From Gemmatimonadota bacterium (GTDB lineage Bacteria > Gemmatimonadota > Gemmatimonadetes > Longimicrobiales > Gaopeijiaceae): DNA of 64,000 nt. The stretch is taken from assembly GCA_039589315.1 (NCBI GenBank), contig JBDHHQ010000027.1, forward strand, positions 32,001-96,000. Direction: 5' to 3'. The stretch's first letter is position 1. Every line of letters starts with the position of its first letter. Below are positions 48,434 to 59,579 of the stretch, one piece after another. The position numbers and the translations under genes were made by a program. The notes beneath the pieces are model-generated. The model was not told the DNA's origin, searched no databases, and was given only the letters and a program-made list of their open reading frames with translations.

Positions 48434-50053
48434 ATGCGAACACGGGCTCTGATCGCCGGAATGGTACTGTCGACGGGCACCCTTGCCGCCCAGGAACTGC
48501 GGCCCGGATTCGTGGATCCTGAACCCGTTCTTCGGGCGGCGGCCGAGGCGATCGGGACCGACCGGCTCAGGTGCGTTACCATTTCGGGGAGCGGGTACAC
48601 CGGAATGGTCGGCCAGCAGCGCCTGAACGGCTACGAGGTGGATTGGCCACGTGGCGAGCCTCTGGCCAATTACACCCGCACCATGGACTGGGAAGCCGAG
48701 ACCATGGTCGAGGAGTTCGACCGCGAGCCGGGGCGCAACCCAGCGTCGTGGAAGTACGGCCTCGGGTGGAGGGGAGGCACGCCGCTCCAGGCGAGCTCCC
48801 GCCAGCGCTTCGTGGTCAAAGGGCTCCACGGGTGGCACGTGGACGGGCCGGGCGGCGAAGCAGTGGCCGCTCGACCGGAGGACGTGGAGCGTTGGCAGCT
48901 GGACCTGTGGCTCAATCCGCACGGATTCTTGAAGGCTGCGATGAAGCCGGGCGCGAATCCTCGGGGCGTTTGGCGTTGGGAGCTTGGGGAGATGGGACGG
49001 GACGGTGCGACCACCGAGCCCGATAAGGTGACCGTCGTATCGATCACCGTGCTCGACAAGTACCGCGTGGACGCGACGATCAACTCCGAGCATCTGCTCC
49101 AGAGGATCCACACATGGGTACCGGACCCCGTGCTCGGCGACATGAACTACGAGCACGAGTTCACCAATGCGAGCTATGTGGACGTGGGAGACGGCGTGCG
49201 CTTTCCGACGGGGTGGCATCATCATGAGGGCTGGGACGACAACTTCCAGGCCCAGAGCATCAACGCCGGCCACAACGCCTTCGGTGGAACCTTCGCGGAT
49301 GTCCAGCCGAACCGGTGCGACAACCCGGCGACGGTCCCCAATCACGTGCGCCGGGCCAGCTTCCCCATCCGTGTGACGACAGAAGAGTTGGCCCCCGGCG
49401 TGTGGCTGCTTGGCGGAGCCTCGCACAACAGTGTGGCGGTCGAGTTCGCAGACTACGTCGCGGTCGTCGAGGCCCCGCTCGACGAGGCGCGCAACCTCGC
49501 GGTCATCGATGAGGTCGCGAGGCTCGTGCCGGACAAGCCGATTCGATTCCTGGTGAACACGCACCAGCATCACGACCACATCGGCGGGCTCCGGACGTAC
49601 ATGCACATCGGCGCCACGATCGTAACACACTGGAAGAACTACGACTTCTACGTCCGCGACGTGTTGAATTTCGCTCCGAGGACGCTCTCGCCCGACATGG
49701 TGTCCCTGTGGCCGCCCACAGAGCTGGCCGAGGGATACCAGTACGAGACGGTCCGGGAGAACCACTGGCTCAACGACGGATCTCGGACGATGCACATCTC
49801 GTACGTGCAGCCCCTCGCTCACGTCGAGGGAATGCTCGTGGCGTATCTGCCCGGCGAGAGGCTCTTGATCGAGGCTGACCTGTTCGATTGGATGGGACCG
49901 CGTAATACGTGGCCGGTCACCGCCACTGCGGCTGGCGAGAGCCTGTACAGGCACGTGCGACGGCTGGAGCTGGACGTCGAAACGATCGTGCCGATCCATG
50001 GGCAACCTGTCCCCTGGGCGGAGTTCGTCCGCTTGGTCGGATCAGGGGGCTAG
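48434..50053 (+). CDS. Secreted MBL-fold metallo-hydrolase
   Basis: Signal peptide; NTHQHHDHIGG, H, EAD, PIHG. Confidence 0.85.
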   Translation: MRTRALIAGMVLSTGTLAAQELRPGFVDPEPVLRAAAEAIGTDRLRCVTISGSGYTGMVGQQRLNGYEVDWPRGEPLANYTRTMDWEAETMVEEFDREPGRNPASWKYGLGWRGGTPLQASSRQRFVVKGLHGWHVDGPGGEAVAARPEDVERWQLDLWLNPHGFLKAAMKPGANPRGVWRWELGEMGRDGATTEPDKVTVVSITVLDKYRVDATINSEHLLQRIHTWVPDPVLGDMNYEHEFTNASYVDVGDGVRFPTGWHHHEGWDDNFQAQSINAGHNAFGGTFADVQPNRCDNPATVPNHVRRASFPIRVTTEELAPGVWLLGGASHNSVAVEFADYVAVVEAPLDEARNLAVIDEVARLVPDKPIRFLVNTHQHHDHIGGLRTYMHIGATIVTHWKNYDFYVRDVLNFAPRTLSPDMVSLWPPTELAEGYQYETVRENHWLNDGSRTMHISYVQPLAHVEGMLVAYLPGERLLIEADLFDWMGPRNTWPVTATAAGESLYRHVRRLELDVETIVPIHGQPVPWAEFVRLVGSGG

Positions 50054-50199
50054 ATGCCAACAGGGTAGAGGCTGGCGGCTGTGCGCAGCAGCTCAGCGTT
50101 CTCTCCACCCAGCTCCCTTTGCCAACACTCCGGGATCTGCCTCCGACGCGTGGACAAAGTGAACCAGTGGGTGATTCCGGGAGGAGAAATCAGGTGCGA

Positions 50200-50730
50200 G
50201 GCACCGTGATCGCGTTGGCCGGCCTCCTGTGGGCACCGCATCAGTCGCCCACGTTGAGCATCACGATCGTGGGAAACGCCGGAGTGCTTCTTTCGGACGG
50301 TGCTACATCGCTGCGCGTAGATCTTCCCTACGAGTCGGGTGCCTTTGGCTACCAGACGTATGATCCCTCCGACCTGAATCCCCCGGGGTATCAGGTGCGC
50401 CCGTGGGATCCGCTGTCGCTGGTCGTCGCCACAGGGGGACTGGTGTCCGTCGCGTTGGTCGCGTGCTGGATGCCTGCACGTCGGGCGATCGCTGTGGACC
50501 CGGCCGCGACGCTTCGGAGCGACTGAGCCACGAAGCGGTGGTGGGTGACACCGCACCGGAGCAGGGCGAGGAGCCCCAGGCCCGTTACCGGCAGATCACG
50601 CCAGGGTACGTCCGGAGCCCGTGCTCGCCGCGTCCCCGCGAGCGACTCAGCGCCACCCCTCTCGAGCTCTTCGGGGGTTTGGCCCTTGCCCTCGCCGTAA
50701 TCGGGATCTATGGCGTGACGTCGTATTCGG
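50200..50730 (+). pseudogene. Mosaic of MBL-fold N-terminal and ADOP permease fragments
   Basis: ITIVGNAGVLLSDG fused to YQVRPWDP..PARRAIAVDPAATLRSD; then FGGLALALAVIGIYGVTSY. Confidence 0.6.
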
Positions 50731-51018
50731 GTCCCTCCTCGCTTCCTGGCCCTGGGCCGTGCCACGGGGCTCCCCGGAGATGGGCGTCACTGGTCACGTC
50801 GAGTAGCAGAATGGGGTGGGGCACCCCTCGGCGAGCAAGGAGGGCCAAGATGCGAGCCTCGACACGAGATCACGATGCCTGACCAGGCGCAGATCTTCTT
50901 CGCTCTGTACCCGGTCCGGACATGGCCACCTTGGTCAGCCCGACGCCGTTGAGGGTGATCGAGACCGCACGATGGACCGAACCCAGTCATTCGGGGCCGA
51001 TGAAGCTCGACGACTCGC

Positions 51019-51555
51019 TCACAGGTTGTTCGTCTCGTATCCCCTTGCGTATCGCTCTACGTCTTGAAACAGCCTCTTGAGAATGCGCTTCCCTCTGCCC
51101 CAGGCGAACTTCTGGCCTTTGAACGTGACCGAGGCTTCGATGCGGTAGTCCGATTGTCGTCCGCTGACATGAGCCGACAACTCACCATTCCAAGCCAAGG
51201 CCGACGAGGGAACCGTGGCGACGATGAGGCAATCCTCGGCCTTGATTCGCTCGTCCAACTGAGTGATCGAGATCCCCTGCTCCGCAATGCCACACAGTAA
51301 TCCAAGAAGCACATAGCCATACCGGTGCGAGAGGGCCACGGCATCGCGCGTCTGCGACTGGAGACCCAGATCTTCGCCGAGCTTCGGTCCCACGGCCGCG
51401 GCCAGCCGGGTCGTCAACGGTGTGAACTCGAGAAACTCTTCGGCGCTTTCGGGGAGCTTGGCCTTGGCGAGGGCGTCGGTAACCATCTCGATGCCAAGGG
51501 GATGTCGGAGGAGATCGTGAATCGAATCGATTCCCGACACCTTTGGAGCACTCAT
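51019..51555 (-). CDS. Hypothetical protein
   Basis: ORF with GAGG before ATG (MSAPKV); no recognised family. Confidence 0.45.
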   Translation of the reverse strand: MSAPKVSGIDSIHDLLRHPLGIEMVTDALAKAKLPESAEEFLEFTPLTTRLAAAVGPKLGEDLGLQSQTRDAVALSHRYGYVLLGLLCGIAEQGISITQLDERIKAEDCLIVATVPSSALAWNGELSAHVSGRQSDYRIEASVTFKGQKFAWGRGKRILKRLFQDVERYARGYETNNL

Positions 51556-51891
51556 GAGGACACCTCGTTGGCAGGACGAGCGTTGCTGAAGAAGCCTCAC
51601 CCCCCAACGCCGGCGGGCTCCTTATCGCGCGTCAGGACCCGGGGCCTTCCTCGCCGAAGGGCTGGTCCGCTTCTGGTCCTGTAGCACATAGTAGACCCGG
51701 CGAACGTAGCACGAAATGTCGGCCGGATTAGCGAAGGAAACGCCATGCTCGAGCCAAATCGGCGGCGGCGGCCACGGTGTCGACTTCGCCGTGGGGTACT
51801 ACGGGATGGGAGCCAACCCGAGGGCGCCCCGTCCGGTCAGGTCAAGCTCGGGTTCACCTGGCTGTTTCCGCGGTGAGCGGTCACTCGACGA

Positions 51892-51917
51892 CCCCCGTCC
51901 CCGCAGCCAGATACAAC
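51892..51917 (+). repeat. att-like element copy 8 (short remnant)
   Basis: CCCCCGTCCCCGCAGCCAGATACAAC, matching copy 7 and the conserved block. Confidence 0.6.
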
Positions 51918-51919
51918 AC

Positions 51920-54582
51920 CTACTGCACCCGAAGCGCCTCCACGGGGTCCGCACGTGCAGCACGCACCGCCGGTACATAGGTCGCCAGCGCCGCGACCGC
52001 AGCCAACACCAGGGCACCCACGCCGAAGCTGAGTCCGTCGACCGCCGACACCTGGTACAGCGCTCTCTCCAACACCGGTGCCGCCAGTGCCGCGAGGCCG
52101 GCGCCGATTGCCAGACCGAGCACGATCGTAGCTAACATCTCCCGCATGACCATGCGGATCACCTGATCGCGTGCGGCGCCCAGCGCGATGCGGATGCCCA
52201 TCTCGGAAGATCGCCGGGCGACCGCAAACGAAACCACCGCGTAAATCCCTTGTTCAGCAGGAGCGACTGGGACAATCGGGACTCGAGCGTCGCCAGAGCC
52301 CGAAGCGGCAGGTCCGGGCTCACGGCCCTGAGCTCGGCGCGGAGACTGGGCAGCAGCGCACCGGGGTCTCCGTCGGTTCTGACCAACACGTAGCCCGAGC
52401 TGGGGCTCTGGCTCGCCGCGTAGAACAGCATGGGCGTCGGGGGCTCGTCCAACCTCGACACCTTCTGGTCCTCCACGACGCCAACCACCTGCGCCCACTC
52501 GTCCGGGCGAGCCTGTGGTCGAATTCTGCGGCCGATCGGGCTTCCCGGCGCCCAGAATCTTCGTGCTGCCGTCTCGTTGACGACCACGACCGGTGTGGTG
52601 CCCTGCGCGTCCTCGGGGCCGAAAACCCGCCCTTCGGTAATCTGTAGCCCGACCGTTCGGAAATAGTCCTCACCGACGATCGCGAACGGCAGCTCGACCG
52701 ATCCGGTGCCGGACGGCGGATCGTAGTCCTCCACGACCGTAGTGGTGCTCCCACCGGGTTGCACCGGTAGCCGGCTCGTGAACGCTGCGGAGCGTACGCC
52801 CGGAAGCGCGGCGGCGCGGTCCAACATTTCCTGGACCCGCACGGCGCGCTCCTCGGCCGAGACTCCGCCTTGTCCGAAGCTCGTCTGCACGAAGGCCAGT
52901 CGCTCCACGTCCACGCCGGGATCGACGCGCTGCACGTTGGCCAGACTGCGCGTGAGGAGGGCGGCGCCGACCAGAAGCACGAGCGACACGGCCACCTGCG
53001 TCGCAACCAGAACGTTCCGGGTCATGACGGACCGCTTGCCGGCGCTGGAGCCACGCCCCTCCTCGCGCAGAACGCCGGCCAGGTCGGATCGAGCCGAGCG
53101 AAGCGCTGGGGCGAGGCCGAACAGGATCCCCGTGAGCATGACAAGGCCGAGCGTGAACAGGAGGACGCGCCCGTCCATCGACAGGTCCAGGTCTCCGGCG
53201 CCCCCCACGGCCGCGGCCAATGGACCGGCCACCAAAGGCGTGAGGCCCAGGATCCACCGCCCGAGTAGCAAACCGACGATCCCGCCCAGGAAAGCCAGCG
53301 TGCTCGACTCGGCCAGGACCAATCGGGCCACGCGTCCGCGACTCGCCCCCAGCGCCCGACGAATCGCGACCTCGTGTCCACGCGACAGTCCCCGCACAAT
53401 CAGCAGGTTGGCCAGATTCGTGCACGCGAGCACCAACACCAGCCCTACGATGCCGAGCAGTACGGCGGCTGCGGGAACCAGCCTGCTGTCGAGCTCGGGG
53501 TGCAGTCGCACGTCGTCGGGTCCGAACACGGTGATCCCGCGGCCCTCGTTGATCTCGGGGAAGTCTTCCGCGAGCCGTGCCGCAAGCGCATCCATTGCGG
53601 ACTGTGCCTGCGCGACCGAAACACCAGGGGCCAGGCGGGCCCGGACCCCGTACCAGTGATCCTGCCTGCGCTCGAGGTTGGCAATGCGGAAGGCCCCGCC
53701 GACTCCCACCGAAGAGATCGAAAGCCAGAAGTCCGTCACGAAGGCGCCCCCGGCTCCATTGAAGCCCTCCGGACCGACGCCAATGACGGTCACGGGCTGT
53801 CCGTTCATGCGGATGGTCCGGCCGACGACCGCCGGATCCGATCCGAACTTCGTACGCCAGGCGTGATGGCTGACCACAGCGTAGTTGCCCGAACCCACCT
53901 CGTCGTATCCGGGCTCGAACCACCGACCCCGGCTCGGGTTGACGCCGAATACGGGGAAGTAGCTCGCGTTGACGAACTCGATCAGCGCCCTCCGGGGGCC
54001 GTCAACGGCCTCCCACGTCACGGTGGCGTAGCTCGCTGCGGCGACGCCGGAGAACACGTCCGTGTAGGTGGCCATGTCCAAGGCCGCCGGGTAGGACGTC
54101 GAAGTCGGCTCGCCGTCGTCAGAATCCTGGTAGACATGTACGACCCGCGACGGATCCTCGTAGGGCGGCGGTCTGAGCAGCACGGCGTCGACCACCGTGA
54201 AGACGGCAGCGTTCGCACCGATGCCGAGGGCTACGATGAGCGTGGCTGAAAGCGTGAAGAACGGCGTCCGCATCAGCCGTCGAATGGCGTCCCTCAGGTC
54301 GTGTCGTATCGTGCTTATCGTCCCTTCCCCCGCACGTCGCCTTCTGGGTGCATCGGCGAACACCAGGTCGGCCGTGCTCCACCGTTCTCTCCATCCTCCT
54401 GCGACCAGGTCACTCGAAGCCCGGACCCATGCCACCGCACCGCCCAGGGCGCCGCCCTCGACGCGGCCCCTCTTCACACGCCAGCGATAGAGCTCGACCA
54501 CTTCGCGGCCATACCGCTGCCGAAACGAGGCCGGATAGAGGAGCAGAAGCAGCCGCAACAGCGGGCCAGGCCTATGGCTCAT
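51920..54582 (-). pseudogene. ADOP-family ABC permease with deletion/frameshift near 52250
   Basis: ORF 52159..54582 loses frame after LSQSLL; GIYAVVSFAVARRSSE continues in ORF 51920..52498 and the intervening TM helix is missing. Confidence 0.85.
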
Positions 54583-54929
54583 ACGGACTCGGGTAGAATG
54601 TCCAGCTCACGCGCGGTACGGACGAGCCGAGCCAAACGGCGCGCTTCGGCCGTCACCAGAGCACGGCCGGACTCCGTGATGGAGTAGTACCTGCGTCTGG
54701 GATCCGCTCCGGCATCGGGGGCTGCGACCTCGCGAATGAGACCGCGCTCGCTCATGTCCTTGAGCGATCGGTACAGCGTTCCGGGACCCAGCCCCACCGT
54801 GCCGTCGGTCGCCCGATCGACGTCGCGTGCGATGCCGAGACCGTGGCTGTCGGCTCGACATAGGGCGAGGAGGATGTGTAGGACCGCTGGGCGCAGCGGA
54901 AGCCGCGCGACGTGCTCGGATGTAGGCAT
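54579..54929 (-). CDS. PadR-family regulator
   Basis: LHILLAL, HGLGI, LGPGTLYRSL, DPRRRYY. Confidence 0.92.
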   Translation of the reverse strand: MPTSEHVARLPLRPAVLHILLALCRADSHGLGIARDVDRATDGTVGLGPGTLYRSLKDMSERGLIREVAAPDAGADPRRRYYSITESGRALVTAEARRLARLVRTARELDILPESV

Positions 54930-54947
54930 GGCAGATCCTCGTCGAAG

Positions 54948-54977
54948 TATCCATCACGAATATATCCATCATGGATA
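54948..54977. promoter_or_regulatory. Tandem 15-bp palindromic operators upstream of padR
   Basis: TATCCATCACGAATA directly followed by the perfect palindrome TATCCAT-C-ATGGATA. Confidence 0.65.
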
Positions 54978-55552
54978 GTTTCGCAAAGATCACCATTCCT
55001 GGCCGGGATGTGGTGGGGTAGCTCATGTCGATTCTCCGTTCGAGGTTCCCTCATCGGAACGGAGCTGCCACCGCCTCCGGGGCCCGAGACATCAGGCCCC
55101 CGGAAGGAGAGCCTGGAAACATGATGGTCTCCGCCAGCGACTGGGGACGGAGAGCTTGGCGACGAGCCTGCGGGGTAGGCTCCTTGAAGAGCTTGCGGGC
55201 GATGCTCGAGGCCGGTGAAGGGGTGAGAGCCTGATCATAGCGTGCCTCCCTGGTTCGGCGAGACCTCGGTCAGTCGTTCTCTCGTCCCGGGCCTCGCTTC
55301 GAGGTAAACCTCCCTCCGGAGTGGTCCGAACGCGCGATGCTCCAGGGCCGTAGGACACGGCGTCCCGGGCTGCCCCGCGGCGTAACACAAACCCCCCGCT
55401 CAGCGGCACCGGCCCGGACACTTCTATTTCAACTAAGGCGGACATTTCTACTGCAACGCTACACGGACATAGTTGGCGAGATTGCTGCGCTTCCGTCCCC
55501 GGCCTATACTCGCATCGGGCCTTCTCGGCTTCTCGAACAGGCACCTACCCGC

Positions 55553-56650
55553 ATGTTCAACAACATCCTCTGGTTGCTTGCTGGATTCTCCCTGGCATCT
55601 GCACCGGTGCCTTCTCCCGCTGATCCCGCATTCTCCTCGATACCGGACGCCGTGACCTGCGCCTCCCTCGGCTTCGACCCGGTGGTGACGCGGCCCAGCT
55701 CGCCTGCAGGCACGCTACGTGTCCTGGAGCGCTTGCACGACTTCGGCACGACCCACTACTGGGGCATGATCCCGGACCCGGGGGGCAGCTACATGAGGGC
55801 CGAGGACGTGGTGGTCTCCTACGTCCAACGGACGCTGTCGCCTCCAAGGGGCACGGTGAGCCTCGAGGCGGTGCCCATCCGCCGACTCAACGTGGTGGAT
55901 CTCACGCTGCCTGAGGGGCACGACGCGGTGCTGTGGGCAGGGAGCGTGGTGCGCAGCGAGGTTCGGGCCAGCGCCTACCTGGACGGGGAGCTGCGAACGA
56001 CGTGGGGCGCCGGGATCCCGGTCGAAGGCGAGTGCGAGAGTACACGGACGTTTCCGGTCTTCGTGACGACGCTCCGCCGGGAAGACGTCCGGGATGTCTC
56101 CTTCGAGTACGAGCTCACGGAGAACGACGAAGACTGCGAGGAGGAAGAGACGGCGATAGCTGCGTGTCAGGGCTCCCCGGCGCTGAACCGCTGCCTGGTG
56201 GGGACATGGCAGATGCTGGAGCCGTCCATCCAGGGCATGCTGGGCTCGGATGCCCCGGTCACCGGAGAGATCTACACCAGGTTCTTCGAGAACGGGGCCT
56301 TCATCCACCGCTTCGACAACCTGGAACAACACAGCATAAGCCTCGATCGCTTCGGCAAGATGAAGATGGAGATGAGGACCCGCTACACCGGTGACGTGCG
56401 GGGCTGCGCCACGAGCATCGACGCACCGCGGCTGGACGGCGCCGCCCCGCTACGCACCGAACCGACGTCCGACCGGGTCGTCCGCTCCACGTACATCCGA
56501 CACGCCGACCGCGCCGGAAACGAGACTGTGGAGCAGGGACTCCAGGCCTGGTACTGGCCCAACAAGCCCGCCTACTTCATGTGCGACGGCGAGAGCATGC
56601 GAATGGGGAGCCGATTGGAGAGCCGGGAATACCGACGGGTGTCGCGATAG
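55553..56650 (+). CDS. Hypothetical secreted protein
   Basis: Signal peptide from ATG at 55553; long GC3-rich ORF. Confidence 0.65.
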   Translation: MFNNILWLLAGFSLASAPVPSPADPAFSSIPDAVTCASLGFDPVVTRPSSPAGTLRVLERLHDFGTTHYWGMIPDPGGSYMRAEDVVVSYVQRTLSPPRGTVSLEAVPIRRLNVVDLTLPEGHDAVLWAGSVVRSEVRASAYLDGELRTTWGAGIPVEGECESTRTFPVFVTTLRREDVRDVSFEYELTENDEDCEEEETAIAACQGSPALNRCLVGTWQMLEPSIQGMLGSDAPVTGEIYTRFFENGAFIHRFDNLEQHSISLDRFGKMKMEMRTRYTGDVRGCATSIDAPRLDGAAPLRTEPTSDRVVRSTYIRHADRAGNETVEQGLQAWYWPNKPAYFMCDGESMRMGSRLESREYRRVSR

Positions 56651-56674
56651 ATGGCTAGCGGCTGGAGCTCGAGA

Positions 56675-59275
56675 ATGAACGCGACGCCATGGCTGTCCAG
56701 CAGCAACCTCCTCCTCCTCCTCCTCCTCCTCCTCGCCCTTCCGCTCTCGGCGCAGGAGCTGGCCTACCCGGGTCCGTTTCTCGGCGGCTACCCGGCGGTA
56801 GAGCAGATCAGAGGGTCGGGGGAGATGTACATGGAGGGCTATTACCCACCTCCCGTCACGGCCTCACCGACCTATCCGGCCTGGTCGCCGGACGGAGCCT
56901 CGATCGCTTTCGCGTACCAGGGCCGTATCTGGTCGGTCGATGCAGAGGGCGGCGTCGCCAGACAGCTCACGACTGGAGACGGCTACCATTCCCAACCCAG
57001 TTGGTCGCCGGACGGCCGCCATCTCGCGTACGCAGCAGACGTGGATCTGAACTTCGACATCTATGTCGTCGAGCTCGAGAGCGGCGACACGCGAAGGCTG
57101 ACGGACAACCCGCATCTGGACCTGCGCCCGCGGTTCTCTCCCGACGGCCAGCGTATCCTGTTCACGACGTCCCGCGACGGGACCTTCGATCTCTGGTCGT
57201 ACGACTTTGGCCCGGGAGTGGCCGAACCGGTCATCGCAGACCCCAGTGCCCACGACATGGATGGCGATTGGATCGGTGAATCAGGCGACATCGTGTTCGT
57301 CTCGAAGCGTGGCGAGGCGGCCCTGGGATCTGGCTCGCTTTGGCGCTGGAAGGCCGCCACCGACCGGGCCGAGCTCCTTATTCGAATCGAGACCAACTAC
57401 CAGGCAGCTCCTGCGGTCGCACCCCACGGCGGTGCGGTCGCGTACGTCACCGACGGTTCCGGCAACAACGACCTCTACCTGGTCCCCACGTCACGGGCCA
57501 CCGCAGCTCAGGATCGCTCGTCTCCGGGGATTCAGCAGGTCCGGATCACCCATACGCGAACCGACGAGTACTTCCCGGCCTGGTCTCCGGACGGTGAGCG
57601 TCTTGTCTACGCGCGCAACGGAGGCACTCCGCGTCAGGAACGAACCGCCGACCACGGGATGGGCTTCGGGCTCTACGTGGTGGGGCGGGGCGGAGGCGAG
57701 CCGGAACAGGTTCGCATCGGTGCCTACGCCTGGGCCGAGCCCACGGGCTACGTGCGCGTCCACGTGAGCGAGGCCGGAGGGGGGGCGCCGTCCTCCGGAG
57801 CGGGCCCGCTGCCCTCTCGCGTCTATCTCCGCGGCTCTGACGGTCGAAGCTACTTCCCCGACGGCAGCTTCCCGCGCGTAGTCAGCGTGACGGAGGACTA
57901 CTACTTCCACACCGACGGGAGCTTCTGGGTGGAGCTCCCGGTTGGACCCGCCGAGCTCGAGGTGTGGCGTGGCTTCGAGTACGAGCCCGAGATGCGGACG
58001 GTCGAGGTTCGGGCAGGCGAATGGACGTCGGTCAACGTGGAGCTCGAGCGCTGGACACATATGGCGGAGGCCGGCTGGTATTCAGGCGACAACCATATCC
58101 ACCCGAATTACGGCGGGCACTACTTCATCACGCCGTTGGACCTGACGAACAAGGCGCAAGCCGAAGACCTGAACGTCGCAAACGGCATGATCGCGAACTA
58201 CTGGGCCAACAGCCGCGTCGAAGACCTGGAGCACTTCCTCGGTCACCCGCACCCCCAGGGAGGTCCACGGACGATCGTTTACTACAACGAGGAGTACCGG
58301 CCGAACTTTTTCGCCCACATGTCGTTGCTCAACCTCGTCGAGCTGATCACTCCGTTCTACATCGGCTACGAGGGTACGGCGCACCGCGAGCTGTATCCCG
58401 ACAACGCCGCCGTCCTCAGGCGCGTCCACGAACAGGGTGGGATCGGAGGCTACGTCCATCCCTTCGGCCTCAGCCACCGAGGTCCGGACCCCGCCCGGCC
58501 CAGCGGTGCCCGCGAATTGCCGGTGGACGCGATTCTCGGCCTAGCGGACTTCGTCGACGTCGCTTGCATCTGGAGCGACGAGCTCGGGACCGCGGCCGTT
58601 TGGTATCGTCTCCTGAACACGGGATCGAGGATTCCGGCCACCGCCGGAACGGATGCCATGACCGACATCTGGCGTCATCCCGCCGTGGGGACGACGCGGT
58701 CGTACGTGTACACGGGGCAGGAGGATCTGGACTATGACGAATGGGCGGACGCCATGGCGGCAGGCCGCGCGTTCGTCACCAGCGGACCCATTCTGACCCT
58801 CGATGTGGAAGGGCGGGGGATGGGCGAGGAGCTCGCCGTCTCCGGAGGCGACGAAGTGACCGTCTCCGTCAGCGCCCGGTCGCTGTTCCCGATGCAGCGA
58901 CTCGAGATCATTCAGGACGGCCTAATCACTCACACGGTCGATGCTGGTGGCGACGGAAAGACGATCGAGGCGGAGATCGAAGCGCGCTTCGATTCAAGTG
59001 GCTGGGTCGCTGCCCGAGTGCTGGGCCCCCCGCAGCACGGGGCCATGGACAGCTACCTGTTCGCCCACACGAATCCAGTGTTCGTGATCGCCGAGGGTGA
59101 GCCGATTCGCTCGACCAAGGATGCCGCCTTCTTCGTGAATTGGATCGAGCAGACGATCGAACAGCTTCGGAGCATGGACCGGTGGGATGACTCGGCGCAC
59201 AGGGAAGCCGTGTTTGCGACGTTCGAGGAGGGGTTACGACTGTACCGGGACCAGGCCCAGGCGCCCGGACGCTGA
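56675..59275 (+). CDS. PD40-repeat + PHP-like (CehA/McbA-type) metallohydrolase
   Basis: WSPDG repeats; GWYSGDNHIH, NEE, VHP, WYRLLN, AGTD. Confidence 0.85.
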   Translation: MNATPWLSSSNLLLLLLLLLALPLSAQELAYPGPFLGGYPAVEQIRGSGEMYMEGYYPPPVTASPTYPAWSPDGASIAFAYQGRIWSVDAEGGVARQLTTGDGYHSQPSWSPDGRHLAYAADVDLNFDIYVVELESGDTRRLTDNPHLDLRPRFSPDGQRILFTTSRDGTFDLWSYDFGPGVAEPVIADPSAHDMDGDWIGESGDIVFVSKRGEAALGSGSLWRWKAATDRAELLIRIETNYQAAPAVAPHGGAVAYVTDGSGNNDLYLVPTSRATAAQDRSSPGIQQVRITHTRTDEYFPAWSPDGERLVYARNGGTPRQERTADHGMGFGLYVVGRGGGEPEQVRIGAYAWAEPTGYVRVHVSEAGGGAPSSGAGPLPSRVYLRGSDGRSYFPDGSFPRVVSVTEDYYFHTDGSFWVELPVGPAELEVWRGFEYEPEMRTVEVRAGEWTSVNVELERWTHMAEAGWYSGDNHIHPNYGGHYFITPLDLTNKAQAEDLNVANGMIANYWANSRVEDLEHFLGHPHPQGGPRTIVYYNEEYRPNFFAHMSLLNLVELITPFYIGYEGTAHRELYPDNAAVLRRVHEQGGIGGYVHPFGLSHRGPDPARPSGARELPVDAILGLADFVDVACIWSDELGTAAVWYRLLNTGSRIPATAGTDAMTDIWRHPAVGTTRSYVYTGQEDLDYDEWADAMAAGRAFVTSGPILTLDVEGRGMGEELAVSGGDEVTVSVSARSLFPMQRLEIIQDGLITHTVDAGGDGKTIEAEIEARFDSSGWVAARVLGPPQHGAMDSYLFAHTNPVFVIAEGEPIRSTKDAAFFVNWIEQTIEQLRSMDRWDDSAHREAVFATFEEGLRLYRDQAQAPGR

Positions 59276-59579
59276 GCGTTCGACCGCTGCTCGCCTCCCG
59301 GCATTTGAAAGAGGCCATCATTTGCCGCTCGGTGTCAGCCGATCGGACAGTAGAACGCGGTCCCGGTACCACCCGCCCGCGAGGCCCTCGACAGATGCCA
59401 GATGACCCGGAGGAAACGGACAACTAACCGAGCATCTGAGGCCTGGCTGAACACGCGGTCTCATAAGCTATGGCCGCCGTCGCAACGTGCCGTTGGGTCG
59501 CGCGCTTCGCGCGGGATCGGCAGATTGGTCGCGAGGCAGAGTCGCGGGAGGTTCGCCCGACCCGAGCATGGGCACCAGA

